From Methanobacteriota archaeon (lineage in GTDB: Archaea; Hydrothermarchaeota; Hydrothermarchaeia; Hydrothermarchaeales; JACRDW01): 40,724 nt of DNA. A program made the position numbers and the translations under genes. Each line of letters opens with the position of its first letter. The stretch's first letter is position 1. Shown one piece after another: positions 18,855 to 28,071 of this stretch. The notes below the pieces were generated by a model, which worked only from the letters and a program-made list of their open reading frames with translations, did not search any database and had not been told where the DNA came from. The stretch is taken from positions 1-40,724 of the forward strand of contig JBDRDL010000028.1 of the NCBI GenBank assembly GCA_043820925.1. The letters run 5' to 3'.

Positions 18855-19254
18855 TTTTTCTACCTCCTCTAAGTTTTCCAGCGTCATAAACGAGCGATTT
18901 TCTGTCGTAATCTGCCAGCTCATATTCTTGCGTCATGGTAATAACCTTTGGTTTGAGCGGACAGACTTCTACGCATAAGCCGCAGAACATGCATCTTCCG
19001 ATGTAAATGTTGTATTCCTCGGCTTTTTTCTTTTTTTCTGGAGTAATTGACACTCGAAGTTCTATGCACTTGTTCGGGCAAATTTTGACGCACGAGGCGC
19101 AGCCTATGCATCTTTCCAAGTCGTATGCATGCAAACCCCTGTAGCGCTCGGCTAGGGTAAGTTTCTCTTCAGGATACTGCACAGTAACCGGCTTCTTGAA
19201 AAGGTGCTTCAGTGTTATCAGCATTGGTTTCGCTATTAGAGATTTTATTCTCAT
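18844..19254 (-). CDS. nuoI: Complex I-like 2[4Fe-4S] subunit I
   Basis: TVQYPEE, CIGCASCVKICP, CMFCGLCVEVCP; ATGA overlap with nuoH. Confidence 0.95.
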   Translation of the reverse strand: MRIKSLIAKPMLITLKHLFKKPVTVQYPEEKLTLAERYRGLHAYDLERCIGCASCVKICPNKCIELRVSITPEKKKKAEEYNIYIGRCMFCGLCVEVCPLKPKVITMTQEYELADYDRKSLVYDAGKLRGGRKSEP

Positions 19255-20216
19255 AGTAACAGCCTTCCATATCCTGTGAGAGCTATGTTCAGCAGGGCTA
19301 TTGGTATAAGTACCTTCCAGCCTATGTTCAGGAGCTGGTCTATTCTGACTCTGGGCACGGTAGCTCGCATCCACATGAGCAGGAGCATTACAGCAAAAGT
19401 TTTTAGCAGGAGCCACGCCGCAGGGGGCAGTATTGGTCCGTGCCAGCCCCCAAGGAACAGTATAACGATTAATAGAGATGCTAGAATAGAATGGATGTAT
19501 TCAGCGAACAGCAGCATTGCAAACTTCATTCCAGAATATTCGGTAGTCCAGCCCTGCACCAGCTCAGACTCTGCCTCTGACAAATCGAAGGGAAGCCTTG
19601 CAGCCTCTACGAATGCAGCAGTGATAAAGACAGAGAATCCCAGAATCTGGGGAATGACAAACCAAATTTTTTCCTGAGCTTTAACAATCTCAACCATGTT
19701 TAGAGAGCCAGCGAGCATCACAACGCCGACTACAGCAAGAGCAGCAGGTACTTCATAGCTTATCATCATGGCTGCCGCCCTCATGCCTCCGAGCAAACTA
19801 TATTTATTATTCGCCGACCAGCCTGCCATTACAGTCGGCACTACTGCCAGGGAAGAAACAGCCAGAATATATAAAATTCCTATGTTTATATTCGAGACGA
19901 CTAAGCTCTCGCTGAATGGTATCGCAGCGAAGGGCAGGAAGGCAATCGCAAAGCCCAGGATAGGGGCTGCTGTAAAAACTGCTCTATTTGCTTTTTTGGG
20001 AATTATGTCTTCTTTTGTCAGAAGTTTTATCCCGTCCACCACTATTTGCAGTATTCCAAATTTGCCAACTCGATTCGGACCGTACCTGTTTTGGAGTCTC
20101 CCTATTAATTTTCTCTCGAGCCATATGAGAAAGAGCAGAGCTATTGAAATCGAGGCAGCGAGAACAGCTGCTCCAACTATTCCTCTTATGAACGGATTTT
20201 GTAGCAATTCCAGCAT
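19251..20216 (-). CDS. nuoH: Complex I-like subunit H
   Basis: ERKLIGRLQNRYGPNRVG, PFDLSEAESELV.GW.TEYSG. Confidence 0.96.
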   Translation of the reverse strand: MLELLQNPFIRGIVGAAVLAASISIALLFLIWLERKLIGRLQNRYGPNRVGKFGILQIVVDGIKLLTKEDIIPKKANRAVFTAAPILGFAIAFLPFAAIPFSESLVVSNINIGILYILAVSSLAVVPTVMAGWSANNKYSLLGGMRAAAMMISYEVPAALAVVGVVMLAGSLNMVEIVKAQEKIWFVIPQILGFSVFITAAFVEAARLPFDLSEAESELVQGWTTEYSGMKFAMLLFAEYIHSILASLLIVILFLGGWHGPILPPAAWLLLKTFAVMLLLMWMRATVPRVRIDQLLNIGWKVLIPIALLNIALTGYGRLLL

Positions 20217-20220
20217 TTTT

Positions 20221-21414
20221 TCACCTGTCAATTTCGCCGAAAACCGGGTCCAGGGAACCTGTGATGGCTATTAAATCTGCGATTAAAACGTTCTTTGCCA
20301 AGTGAGGCAGCAGGGATAAGTTGCAGAAGGCAGGGCTCCTTATTTTCAGGCGGTATGGATTCGTTGTAGCACCGTCGCTGACCAAGTGCATGCAGAGCTC
20401 TCCTCTCGGGCTCTCGATTCTGCTGTAGACCTCTCCTGCCGGAGGTTTGAGCAGCCTCGGCACCTTGGCTAAATAAGGACCTTCAGGAAGAGCATCCAGA
20501 GCCTGCTCCACTATTCTAATGCTCTGCCTCATTTCATTTATCCAGACTATGTAGCGGGAGAAGCAGTCTCCATCTTTTCCGGTAACTACCTCCCAGTCAA
20601 ATTTGTCATAAATAGTGTAGGGGTCTGTAACTCTCGTGTCTGTTTTCACTCCTGAGGCTCTAAGCACAGGTCCTGCTGCCCCCATATTTATCGCATCTTC
20701 AGGCTTCAGAATACCAATGCCCTTGGTTCTCATCAAGAATATCTCGTCTTCGCTCAGAAATCGCTCGTACTCGTCTATTTTCGGCTTTATCTGGGTAAGG
20801 ACTTCCCTGGCTTTTTCCTTGAAGTTGTCCGGCAGGTCTTCCCTCACGCCGCCAAACCTGAGGTAGTTGTACGTAAGCCTTGCGCCGCATATGCTCTCGA
20901 ATAAATCCAAAATTAATTCCCTTTCCCTGAAAGTGTACATCATTGCTGTGAAAGCTAAACCCAGGTCATTGCCGTAGAAACCAACAGCGGCTAGGTGGCT
21001 GGCCAGCCTCTGCAATTCAAGCACAATAACTCGAATGTACTCTGCCCTTTCCGGAATTTGCACTCCAAGCAGCTCTTCCACAGCCCTGACATAAACCATG
21101 TTGTTTGCCATGGAGGCGAGGTAGTCAAGCCTGTCTGTCAGGGGTATAACCTGCATATAGTTTCTGTTTTCTGCGATTTTTTCAAATCCTCGGTGCAGGT
21201 AGCCTATGATTGGAGTAACGTTTATTACTCTCTCTCCTTCTAACTCGACCTGCATTCTAAGCACTCCGTGAGTGCTCGGGTGCTGGGGACCGATGTTAAG
21301 AATCATTCTCTCTTCCGCAATACCGCAAGGTAGTGCGCAAAGCAAGTCGGTCTTGCTCACGCAAGGGAAGATGGCATTTCTCGCCAGCTTCCTCTCGGAA
21401 TCTTCCTGAATCAT
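20221..21414 (-). CDS. nuoD: Complex I-like subunit D with a 28-aa N-terminal insertion
   Basis: NIGPQHPSTHGVLR, GYLHRGFEK, RLDYLA, DPVFGEIDR; no Ni-binding CxxC motifs, so not a hydrogenase. Confidence 0.95.
   Translation of the reverse strand: MIQEDSERKLARNAIFPCVSKTDLLCALPCGIAEERMILNIGPQHPSTHGVLRMQVELEGERVINVTPIIGYLHRGFEKIAENRNYMQVIPLTDRLDYLASMANNMVYVRAVEELLGVQIPERAEYIRVIVLELQRLASHLAAVGFYGNDLGLAFTAMMYTFRERELILDLFESICGARLTYNYLRFGGVREDLPDNFKEKAREVLTQIKPKIDEYERFLSEDEIFLMRTKGIGILKPEDAINMGAAGPVLRASGVKTDTRVTDPYTIYDKFDWEVVTGKDGDCFSRYIVWINEMRQSIRIVEQALDALPEGPYLAKVPRLLKPPAGEVYSRIESPRGELCMHLVSDGATTNPYRLKIRSPAFCNLSLLPHLAKNVLIADLIAITGSLDPVFGEIDR
21312..21365 (-). repeat. Palindromic dispersed repeat, copy 1, inside nuoD
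   Basis: Reverse complement matches 40323-40375 at 52 of 54 positions (one indel, one substitution). Confidence 0.9.
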
Positions 21415-21887
21415 CGCTGTTCCTCCTCAGGACCTTTTCCTGAAAACCATGGATTTTCTTTCAGCTTGTAGTCTTTCCTGAACGGATGTCCTTCGAAGTC
21501 TTCAGCAAGCAGGATGCGGGTTAGGTTTGGGTGTCCTTCAAAGATTATTCCAAACATGTCATAGGTCTCTCTCTCATGCCAGTCCGCAGCCTTCCAAATC
21601 GAGGTTACAGAGTCGACGGTCGGGTCGTCTTTTGGAAGAGAAACTTTAAGCGAGAGCAGCTTTTTCTTCGAATAAGACCAGAGGTGATAGACGACCTCGA
21701 ATCTATTTGCATAGTCCACTCCAGAAACGCTTGAGAGGTGGTCAAAGCCCCTATGCTCCCTTAGATACCTGCAAACCTCTAGGAGAGCTTCCCTTTTAAC
21801 AGCAGCACATAACCTGCGCTCCCTCTGAATTTTTACATCTATAACTGCATCTGGAAATTTCTCTATCAATTCTTCAAGCTCAATCAT
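21411..21887 (-). CDS. nuoC: Complex I-like subunit C
   Basis: [34 protein letters not shown]. Confidence 0.95.
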   Translation of the reverse strand: MIELEELIEKFPDAVIDVKIQRERRLCAAVKREALLEVCRYLREHRGFDHLSSVSGVDYANRFEVVYHLWSYSKKKLLSLKVSLPKDDPTVDSVTSIWKAADWHERETYDMFGIIFEGHPNLTRILLAEDFEGHPFRKDYKLKENPWFSGKGPEEEQR

Positions 21888-22402
21888 CCCCTCTCCTCCA
21901 CATATCTTATCCCTCTGTCGTAATTCGTCTCCCCGGTCCTGATTTTCTTCCTGAGCTTTACTATGCCGTCTATAAGCGCTTCTGGTCTGGGAGGGCAGCC
22001 CGGGATGTAAATGTCGACTGGAATAATTTTATCAACTCCGTCTACTACATAGTAGGAGTCGTACCAGGGACCTCCGCATATAGCGCACTCGCCCATCGCA
22101 ATAACATACTTCGGCTCAGGCATCTGCTCGTACAGCCTTTTAATTCGAGGAGCCATTTTCTTAGTTACCCAGCCTGCAACTATCATGACATCTGACTGAC
22201 GGGGGGTTGCCCTGGCAAGCATTCCAAACCTCTCCATTCCGTCAAAGCGGCAAGTACCGGCGGTCGCCATTTCTATTGCGCAGCACGCTAAACCAAAAGT
22301 AAACATCCACGGCGACTTTTCTCTAGACCACCTAATAATCGGATTTTTATCCACGAACTCCTTCACGAACTTCTCCCGATTGAGAAAGGCAACTACTGCC
22401 AT
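21884..22402 (-). CDS. nuoB: Complex I-like subunit B
   Basis: [31 protein letters not shown]. Confidence 0.96.
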   Translation of the reverse strand: MAVVAFLNREKFVKEFVDKNPIIRWSREKSPWMFTFGLACCAIEMATAGTCRFDGMERFGMLARATPRQSDVMIVAGWVTKKMAPRIKRLYEQMPEPKYVIAMGECAICGGPWYDSYYVVDGVDKIIPVDIYIPGCPPRPEALIDGIVKLRKKIRTGETNYDRGIRYVEERG

Positions 22403-22755
22403 TCCAGCACCCCTTTCTTCCATTCGTAAACCAAGCCAATGAAAACTATGAGAAGGAATATAATTCCTGCTGTTAGAACTCCAACGCCAAGGTCGTAGTA
22501 AACAACCGCCCAGGGATAGAAGAAGAGAATCTCCACGTCAAATATAACTAATAAAATTGCATACATGTAGTACTGCACGTTGTACTGGTGCCACGCATCG
22601 CCTATTGGTAGCTCTCCGCATTCATATGTGGACAATTTTTCTGGTGTTGGTCTGATAGGTCTCACCAATCTCGAAAAAATTAGAGCTCCTGCTGGAAATG
22701 CAAGTCCAACAGCAGCGAATATAAGTACCGGGATATAATTATCGTACAAGGACAA
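22393..22755 (-). CDS. nuoA: Complex I-like subunit A
   Basis: [35 protein letters not shown] 22755 after RBS GGTGGTGA. Confidence 0.93.
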   Translation of the reverse strand: MSLYDNYIPVLIFAAVGLAFPAGALIFSRLVRPIRPTPEKLSTYECGELPIGDAWHQYNVQYYMYAILLVIFDVEILFFYPWAVVYYDLGVGVLTAGIIFLLIVFIGLVYEWKKGVLEWQ

Positions 22756-22873
22756 TAGTTCACCACCATCCAAGTAAGTTAGGATAGTTACTATATATAT
22801 AAATATAAGGGAGTTGTGCATAAAATTGCACAATCACTCTGGTGACTTCGAAACTTATTTATCTCGTCACATA

Positions 22874-22900
22874 GAAATTTTTGACGAAGTCAAAAATTTC
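22874..22900. repeat. Perfect 12-bp hairpin with a GAA loop upstream of tRNA-Ile
   Basis: GAAATTTTTGAC-GAA-GTCAAAAATTTC. Confidence 0.85.
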
Positions 22901-22913
22901 AGACGTGGAAAAA

Positions 22914-22987
22914 GGGCCCGTAGCTTAGCTGGTTATAGCGCCCGGCTCATAACCGGGCGGTCAAGGGTTCGAATCCCTTCGGGCCCA
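22914..22987 (+). tRNA. tRNA with CAT anticodon, most likely tRNA-Ile2
   Basis: Acceptor GGGCCCG/CGGGCCC-A, typical of archaeal Ile; CCCGG-CT-CAT-AA-CCGGG; lacks the initiator A1-U72 pair. Confidence 0.9.
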
Positions 22988-23121
22988 TAGCCCCTTTTCT
23001 TTGAAAAGAAAAGGTGCTATCACCCCCAAAAGAAAGTTGCAGAAGGTGTATGCTGGAAACCTTGGGATTTGTGGTATCGCTTGCGATACCACGAAATGAT
23101 GGTCAACCTTTCTGAAGGTTG
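22988..23121 (+). repeat. tRNA-associated three-hairpin element, copy A
   Basis: Same architecture and terminal motifs as 23195-23316. Confidence 0.8.
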
Positions 23122-23194
23122 CGACCTTAGTCTAGCCTGGTTAGGACACAAGCTTGCCAAGCTTGTGAGGCGGGTTCAAATCCCGCAGGTCGCA
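23121..23194 (+). tRNA. tRNA-Gly(GCC)
   Basis: Acceptor GCGACCT/AGGTCGC-A; CAAGC-TT-GCC-AA-GCTTG; T-loop TTCAAAT. Confidence 0.96.
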
Positions 23195-23316
23195 TAGCCC
23201 TTTTTCTTGTAAGAAAAAGTGCTATCACCCCAAAAAGAACAGATACAAAATATAATAGCGGTATTGGAGTGAAACGGAAATACCGCAATATGATAGCCAG
23301 CCTTTCTGAAGGCTGG
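23195..23316 (+). repeat. tRNA-associated three-hairpin element, copy B
   Basis: Followed at 23320-23339 by a 20-bp duplicate of the tRNA-Gly 3' end. Confidence 0.8.
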
Positions 23317-23433
23317 TTCCAAATCCCGCAGGTCGCATACTTAGAAACTTTTGGAAAAATGAGTAAATTATAGTAACTGACATTAATTTTTGACTAACTT
23401 TATATACTACTTCCACTCATAATAATATGCTGT

Positions 23434-23823
23434 ATGAAAATTAGTGCACTGCTGGAGGCATATAAGCGTGAAACTGACCGTAAGGTCGGCGAAAGAATCC
23501 TGATTATAGTTGGACTTAAGGAAGGAAAATCCTCGTACAGCGTGGGCGAGCAATTCCACTGCCCGCACTCCAAGGTTCTCTACTGGAAACACCGCTTCGA
23601 GAAGGACGGAATTGCAGGCTTGAGAACCAAGCCCCGCTCGGGAAGGCCGCCAAAGATGACCAAGAAAAAGGCTGAACACATTAAGCATGTAATCAGAAGT
23701 AGAGCGGGCTGGCAGACTGCTGCTATAAGAGAGCTGATACGCAAAGAGGCTGGCATAACCTACAGCGAGAGGCACGTTATACGCCTGATGCACGCCTGGG
23801 GCTTCGAAAAGATTAAACCATGA
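23434..23823 (+). pseudogene. IS630-family transposase N-terminal HTH region, truncated with no DDE domain
   Basis: W..RFEKDGIAGL..KPRSGRPPKM, W....IRELI....GITYS..HV.RLMH.WGF; stops after KP, with no catalytic ORF before sat. Confidence 0.8.
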
Positions 23824-23955
23824 AGCTACTGGCAGCTCTGCCAGAAGGCTGCAGTAGTTGCGAGCAGTCTGGGGCGATAAGCACAGACGGGCATCAGATG
23901 TAGTCAAATACTTATGTCAATAATTACGGCCTTATCGTCAGTAAACGTAGTAAAA

Positions 23956-23963
23956 TTTATATA
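23956..23963 (+). promoter_or_regulatory. Archaeal TATA box for the sat-apr operon
   Basis: TAAAA-TTTATATA about 25 nt upstream of ATG 23989. Confidence 0.55.
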
Positions 23964-23988
23964 CTTGTAGCATGTGATTAAAGTTGTC

Positions 23989-25263
23989 ATGAAAGCGATA
24001 GGGCATGGTGGAAAGGAGATAGTGGAAAGGGTTATAACCGATAAAGGGGAGGCCCTTAAAAAGATTAAAGGTCTAAAAGAAGTACCAGTAAGGCGACAAA
24101 TAGCAACTGAGGCCATAAGCATCGCTTATGGATTCTTCTCACCACTTGAAGGCTTTATGAAAAAGGGTGATGTGGAGAGTACATGTAAAAATATGACCTT
24201 GGCAGACGGCACTCTCTGGAGCATTCCTATTATATATGACATGTCTGACAAAGAAATAGCCGATTATGGTATTAAGGCAGGTGATACAGTTCTTCTTACA
24301 TTTGAGGGCAATCCTTTAGCCACTTTCGAAGTCGGGGAGATATTTACCTATGATAAGCAGGCGCTGTCTCAGGCGGTGTATGGCACTACAGATCCGAAAC
24401 ATCCCGGGGTAAAGAGGACTAATGAATATAAGGATAAATTTTTGGGTGGAAAGATAACTCTTGTCAATCCTCCCAAGATGAATCCTCCCTTTGACGAGTA
24501 CTGGCTTACTCCAAAACAGCACAGAGAGAAATTCAAAGAAAAAGGATGGCAGAGGATTGTAGCTCACCAGACCAGGAACGTTCCTCACACAGGGCATGAA
24601 TGGCTTATGAAACACGCCTGGATGGCTACCCATGCAGAGTTATCAATGGAAGAAACGGAGGAAGGAAAGGCGGTTACAGGCACGCTGGTAAATTGCATAA
24701 TTGGTGAGAAAAGGGCGGGTGATTATATTGACCAGGCAATTATCCTAACACAGGATGCGCTGAGAAAATACGGATACTTCAGAGAAGATGTCCATATGAC
24801 TTCATTTACGCTCTGGGACATGCGTTATGCAGGTCCGAGAGAGGCAATACACCACGCAATTATAAGGACAAACTTAGGATTGACTCACCACATGTTCGGA
24901 AGAGACCATGCTGGCGTAGGAACCTATTATCACCCCTACGCTGCTCATAGAATATTCAAGGAGATACCGCAGGGTAAATTAGGTATAACACCCATATTTG
25001 TCCTTGAATGGCTCTATTGTCCACATTGTGGCGAGGTGACGTGCATGGGATTGTGCGGTCATGCTAAGGAGCAGCAAAAGTTCAGTGGAACATTAATCAG
25101 GAGCATACTCATGGATGGTGTAAAGCCAACACGCCTTATCTTCAGGCCTGAGATATTCGATATCGTTATGGATTGCGCAGAGAAATACGGATTTGGCTCA
25201 CCCTTTGTAACACCTAATTACATAGAAAAGGGAACACCTGCCTTTAGAATTGACCCATTATAG
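23989..25263 (+). CDS. sat: Sulfate adenylyltransferase
   Basis: GFFSPLEGFM, HQTRNVPHTGHE, MRYAGPREA, FGRDHAGVG. Confidence 0.97.
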   Translation: MKAIGHGGKEIVERVITDKGEALKKIKGLKEVPVRRQIATEAISIAYGFFSPLEGFMKKGDVESTCKNMTLADGTLWSIPIIYDMSDKEIADYGIKAGDTVLLTFEGNPLATFEVGEIFTYDKQALSQAVYGTTDPKHPGVKRTNEYKDKFLGGKITLVNPPKMNPPFDEYWLTPKQHREKFKEKGWQRIVAHQTRNVPHTGHEWLMKHAWMATHAELSMEETEEGKAVTGTLVNCIIGEKRAGDYIDQAIILTQDALRKYGYFREDVHMTSFTLWDMRYAGPREAIHHAIIRTNLGLTHHMFGRDHAGVGTYYHPYAAHRIFKEIPQGKLGITPIFVLEWLYCPHCGEVTCMGLCGHAKEQQKFSGTLIRSILMDGVKPTRLIFRPEIFDIVMDCAEKYGFGSPFVTPNYIEKGTPAFRIDPL

Positions 25264-25273
25264 GAGTGAGAAC

Positions 25274-25579
25274 ATGACTGAGACATATCCAATAAATATA
25301 TGGATTAACGAGGAGAGATTCGAAAAGCTTAAAAACGCAGGCTTAGGGGGCATGCCTAAGGAGGTGCTGGCAGGCATGAAGGTTCTGGTAGTACCGACTA
25401 CAGAAGCGCAGAAAGACGAGGTACTGAAGTTATTTCCTATGGCGAAGTTTGATGCAGCTACTACGAAAAGTATTGAGCTGCTTCCAAAAGCTGTAAAGGA
25501 TGAGATATTCAATTTGGTCGTTGGGAGGAAAAGTCTAAACGTTATGGAGGAATTCTTAAAGCTAAAAGGATCAGTATAA
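25274..25579 (+). CDS. Conserved hypothetical protein between sat and aprB
   Basis: RBS GGAGTGA; position matches the small ORF between sat and aprB in Archaeoglobus fulgidus (homology not verified). Confidence 0.75.
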   Translation: MTETYPINIWINEERFEKLKNAGLGGMPKEVLAGMKVLVVPTTEAQKDEVLKLFPMAKFDAATTKSIELLPKAVKDEIFNLVVGRKSLNVMEEFLKLKGSV

Positions 25580-25619
25580 ATCATATAAAAATTAAAAAAA
25601 ACATAGGAGGTGTAGAATT

Positions 25620-26066
25620 ATGCCAAGTTTCGTGATTAACGAAAAATGCGACGGTTGTAAGGGGAAGGACAAGACGGCATGCATGTATATATGCCCCAAC
25701 GACTTGATAGTGTTGGACAAGGAGAGGATGAAGGCATACAACCAGGAGCCCACTTATTGCTGGGAGTGCTACTGTTGTGTAAAGATATGTCCACAGCAAG
25801 CTATGGACGTAAGGGGCTATGCAGACTTTATGCCCCTTGGTGCCGCATCAACCCCGCTGAGAGGAACTGAGGACATCATGTGGACCATCACCTACAGGGA
25901 TGGAAGAATCAAGAGGTTCAAGTATCGAACAAGGACTACACCAGAAGGTTCAATAAAGGCGCTTGAGGGATTTCCTGAGGCAAAGGTAGCAGATTTGACT
26001 ACTCAGTTGCTGCTTGGAGAGCCTGACATAATGGGGGTAAAGGAACTCCCGACAAAGAAAAAATAA
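25620..26066 (+). CDS. aprB: Adenylylsulfate reductase beta subunit
   Basis: MPSFV..EKCDGCKG.DKTACMYICPNDL, CWECYCCVKICP. Confidence 0.98.
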   Translation: MPSFVINEKCDGCKGKDKTACMYICPNDLIVLDKERMKAYNQEPTYCWECYCCVKICPQQAMDVRGYADFMPLGAASTPLRGTEDIMWTITYRDGRIKRFKYRTRTTPEGSIKALEGFPEAKVADLTTQLLLGEPDIMGVKELPTKKK

Positions 26067-26082
26067 GAAAGGAGGTTAACCC

Positions 26083-27999
26083 ATGGGAGAAGTAAAGACA
26101 GAAGTTGTTGAGACCGATATATTGATACTCGGTGGAGGAATGGCCGGTTGCGGTGCTGCAGTGGAGGTTGCATACTGGGCAAAGCCACTGGGTTTAAAGG
26201 TAACACTTGTTGACAAGGCTGCAATTGACAGAAGTGGTCCTGTTGCAATGGGACTTTCTGCCATTAATACATATATGGGAATGGATGGAAAGGTAACCCA
26301 GAATCCCCGTATGCCGGAAAGGTTTGTTGAGTATGTAACAAATGACCAGATGGGTCTGATGAGACAGGACATGGTCTATGATGTTGCAAGACATGTGGAT
26401 TCGACCGTCAGACACTTTGAGAAATGGGGACTTCCTATATGGAAGGACGATACGGGAAATTATGTAAAATCAGGTGAATGGCAGTTGATGATATGCGGCG
26501 AAAGTTACAAGGTCCTCGTGGCAGAGGCAGCAAAGAGCGCCATAGCGGCGCTTGGTGATAAGGGGCAGATCATTGAAAGGGTCTATATCTCACACCTTCT
26601 GAAGGATGAAAAGAAACCTAACAGGGTTTGTGGTGCAGTAGGCTTCAGCGTCAGGGAAGACAAATTCTATGTCTTTAAGGCAAAGGTAGTTATCTGTATT
26701 ATGGGTGGTGCAGTCCATGTATTCAGGCCAAGGTCTCAGGGTGAAGGCTTTGGGAGGTCCTGGATGCCGCCCTTTGTTAACGGAACAACCTATGCCCTTA
26801 TACTCCAGGCAGGTGGTGAGCTGACACAAATGGACAATACCTTTGTCCCTCCGAGGTTTAAGGATTCCTATGGTCCTGTTGGCACATTCTTCCTGCTATT
26901 TAAGACACCTGCACTAAATGCCTATGACCAGCCATATGTTGGTGCGTATCCGACCGAGTTAGACAAGTGGGCACCATATTCTAAGGCAAAGCCTTGTCCA
27001 ACTCCTATGAGAAACTATGAGATGATACTCTGTGCGAAGGAAGGCAAAATTCCATTCCTCATGCACACAGAGAAGGTGGTAGAAAGATTCAAGCAGGAGA
27101 TAAAAGACGAAAAGGAGCTGAAAAAGAAGCTAAAGGAGTATGAAAGCGAGGCCTGGGAGGACTTCCTTGATATGACAATCGCAGGTGCAACAAACTGGGC
27201 TGCCCATAACGTTGACCCGATGGAAAAACCTATGGAGCTTCAGATGTCAGATTCTGTCTTCATAGGTTCACATGCCTGCTCTTGTGGTGCATGGGCGTGC
27301 GGTCCTGAAGATCTCATGCCAAAAGAATATGCGGATGCCTTCCCTGCCCAGTATAACTGTATGACTACCGTCATGGGTCTATTCACAGCAGGTTGTGGGG
27401 TAGGGGCATGTGCCCATAAGTTCTCAAGTGGCTCACATGTACAGGGAAGGATTGCAGGAAAGGCAGCGGTTAGGTTTGCCAATGACCAGAAGGACTATAA
27501 ACCAACTGTATCTGATGGTACGATAAACAAACTCAAGGAAATAGTATTTAGGCCAATTGCCCTCTATGAGGAGAAGAAAGGATATACAACGGCGCCTGAT
27601 GTGAATCCTAACTATATCTCCCCGCATAATTTCCTATTCAGGCTACAGAAGATAATGGGAGAATATTGTGGTGGATGGGAGACGCTCTATGGGACATCGG
27701 ACAAGATGCTCGAGACCGGCCTCTGGAAATTAGGGTTCTGCGGAGAGGATATAGAGAAGATTGCTGCCAAGGACCTGCATGAGCTGCTGAGGGCATGGGA
27801 GAGTATCCACAGGTACTGGGTTGGCGAGGCATGTGCAAGGACAAGGCTGGCAAGGAAGGAGTCAAGATGGCCCGGATATTACTACAAATACGATTACCTT
27901 AAACTGGATGAGGGTCAGAAGAAGTTTATAAATGTGAAGTATGATGTGGATAAGAAGGAATGGAAGGTAATCGAAAGGCCAATGATTCCTATCATCTAA
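26083..27999 (+). CDS. aprA: Adenylylsulfate reductase alpha subunit
   Basis: GGGMAGCG, GLSAINTY, WQLMICGESYK, HKFSSGSH, ESRWPGYY. Confidence 0.98.
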   Translation: MGEVKTEVVETDILILGGGMAGCGAAVEVAYWAKPLGLKVTLVDKAAIDRSGPVAMGLSAINTYMGMDGKVTQNPRMPERFVEYVTNDQMGLMRQDMVYDVARHVDSTVRHFEKWGLPIWKDDTGNYVKSGEWQLMICGESYKVLVAEAAKSAIAALGDKGQIIERVYISHLLKDEKKPNRVCGAVGFSVREDKFYVFKAKVVICIMGGAVHVFRPRSQGEGFGRSWMPPFVNGTTYALILQAGGELTQMDNTFVPPRFKDSYGPVGTFFLLFKTPALNAYDQPYVGAYPTELDKWAPYSKAKPCPTPMRNYEMILCAKEGKIPFLMHTEKVVERFKQEIKDEKELKKKLKEYESEAWEDFLDMTIAGATNWAAHNVDPMEKPMELQMSDSVFIGSHACSCGAWACGPEDLMPKEYADAFPAQYNCMTTVMGLFTAGCGVGACAHKFSSGSHVQGRIAGKAAVRFANDQKDYKPTVSDGTINKLKEIVFRPIALYEEKKGYTTAPDVNPNYISPHNFLFRLQKIMGEYCGGWETLYGTSDKMLETGLWKLGFCGEDIEKIAAKDLHELLRAWESIHRYWVGEACARTRLARKESRWPGYYYKYDYLKLDEGQKKFINVKYDVDKKEWKVIERPMIPII

Positions 28000-28027
28000 A
28001 CCAGCAAGTCCTGAGAGCATCTACGGT

Positions 28028-28046
28028 GGCGACCTGAAAGGTCGCC
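28028..28046 (+). terminator. GC-rich hairpin after aprA (terminator, mRNA-stabilising stem or REP-like)
   Basis: GGCGACCT-GAA-AGGTCGCC followed by CCAAACTTTTATT. Confidence 0.5.
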
Positions 28047-28071
28047 CCAAACTTTTATTAGAGAATGGTTT

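Noticed and set aside
21300..21414. nuoD insertion as a bulge-helix-bulge mRNA intron
   Set aside because: I could not form a canonical 3-4-3 BHB at the junctions, and the insert keeps the frame without splicing
20221..22402. Group 4 NiFe hydrogenase
   Set aside because: The large subunit lacks both CxxC Ni-binding motifs and subunit B has the tandem CC of complex I
22914..22987. Initiator tRNA-Met
   Set aside because: It has G1-C72 and lacks the three G-C pairs of the initiator anticodon stem; the acceptor is Ile-like
23407..23907. 166-aa minus-strand ORF and other antisense or nested ORFs in the track (e.g. 6212-6772, 19768-20274, 35772-36353)
   Set aside because: Shadow frames of well-supported genes with no recognisable motifs
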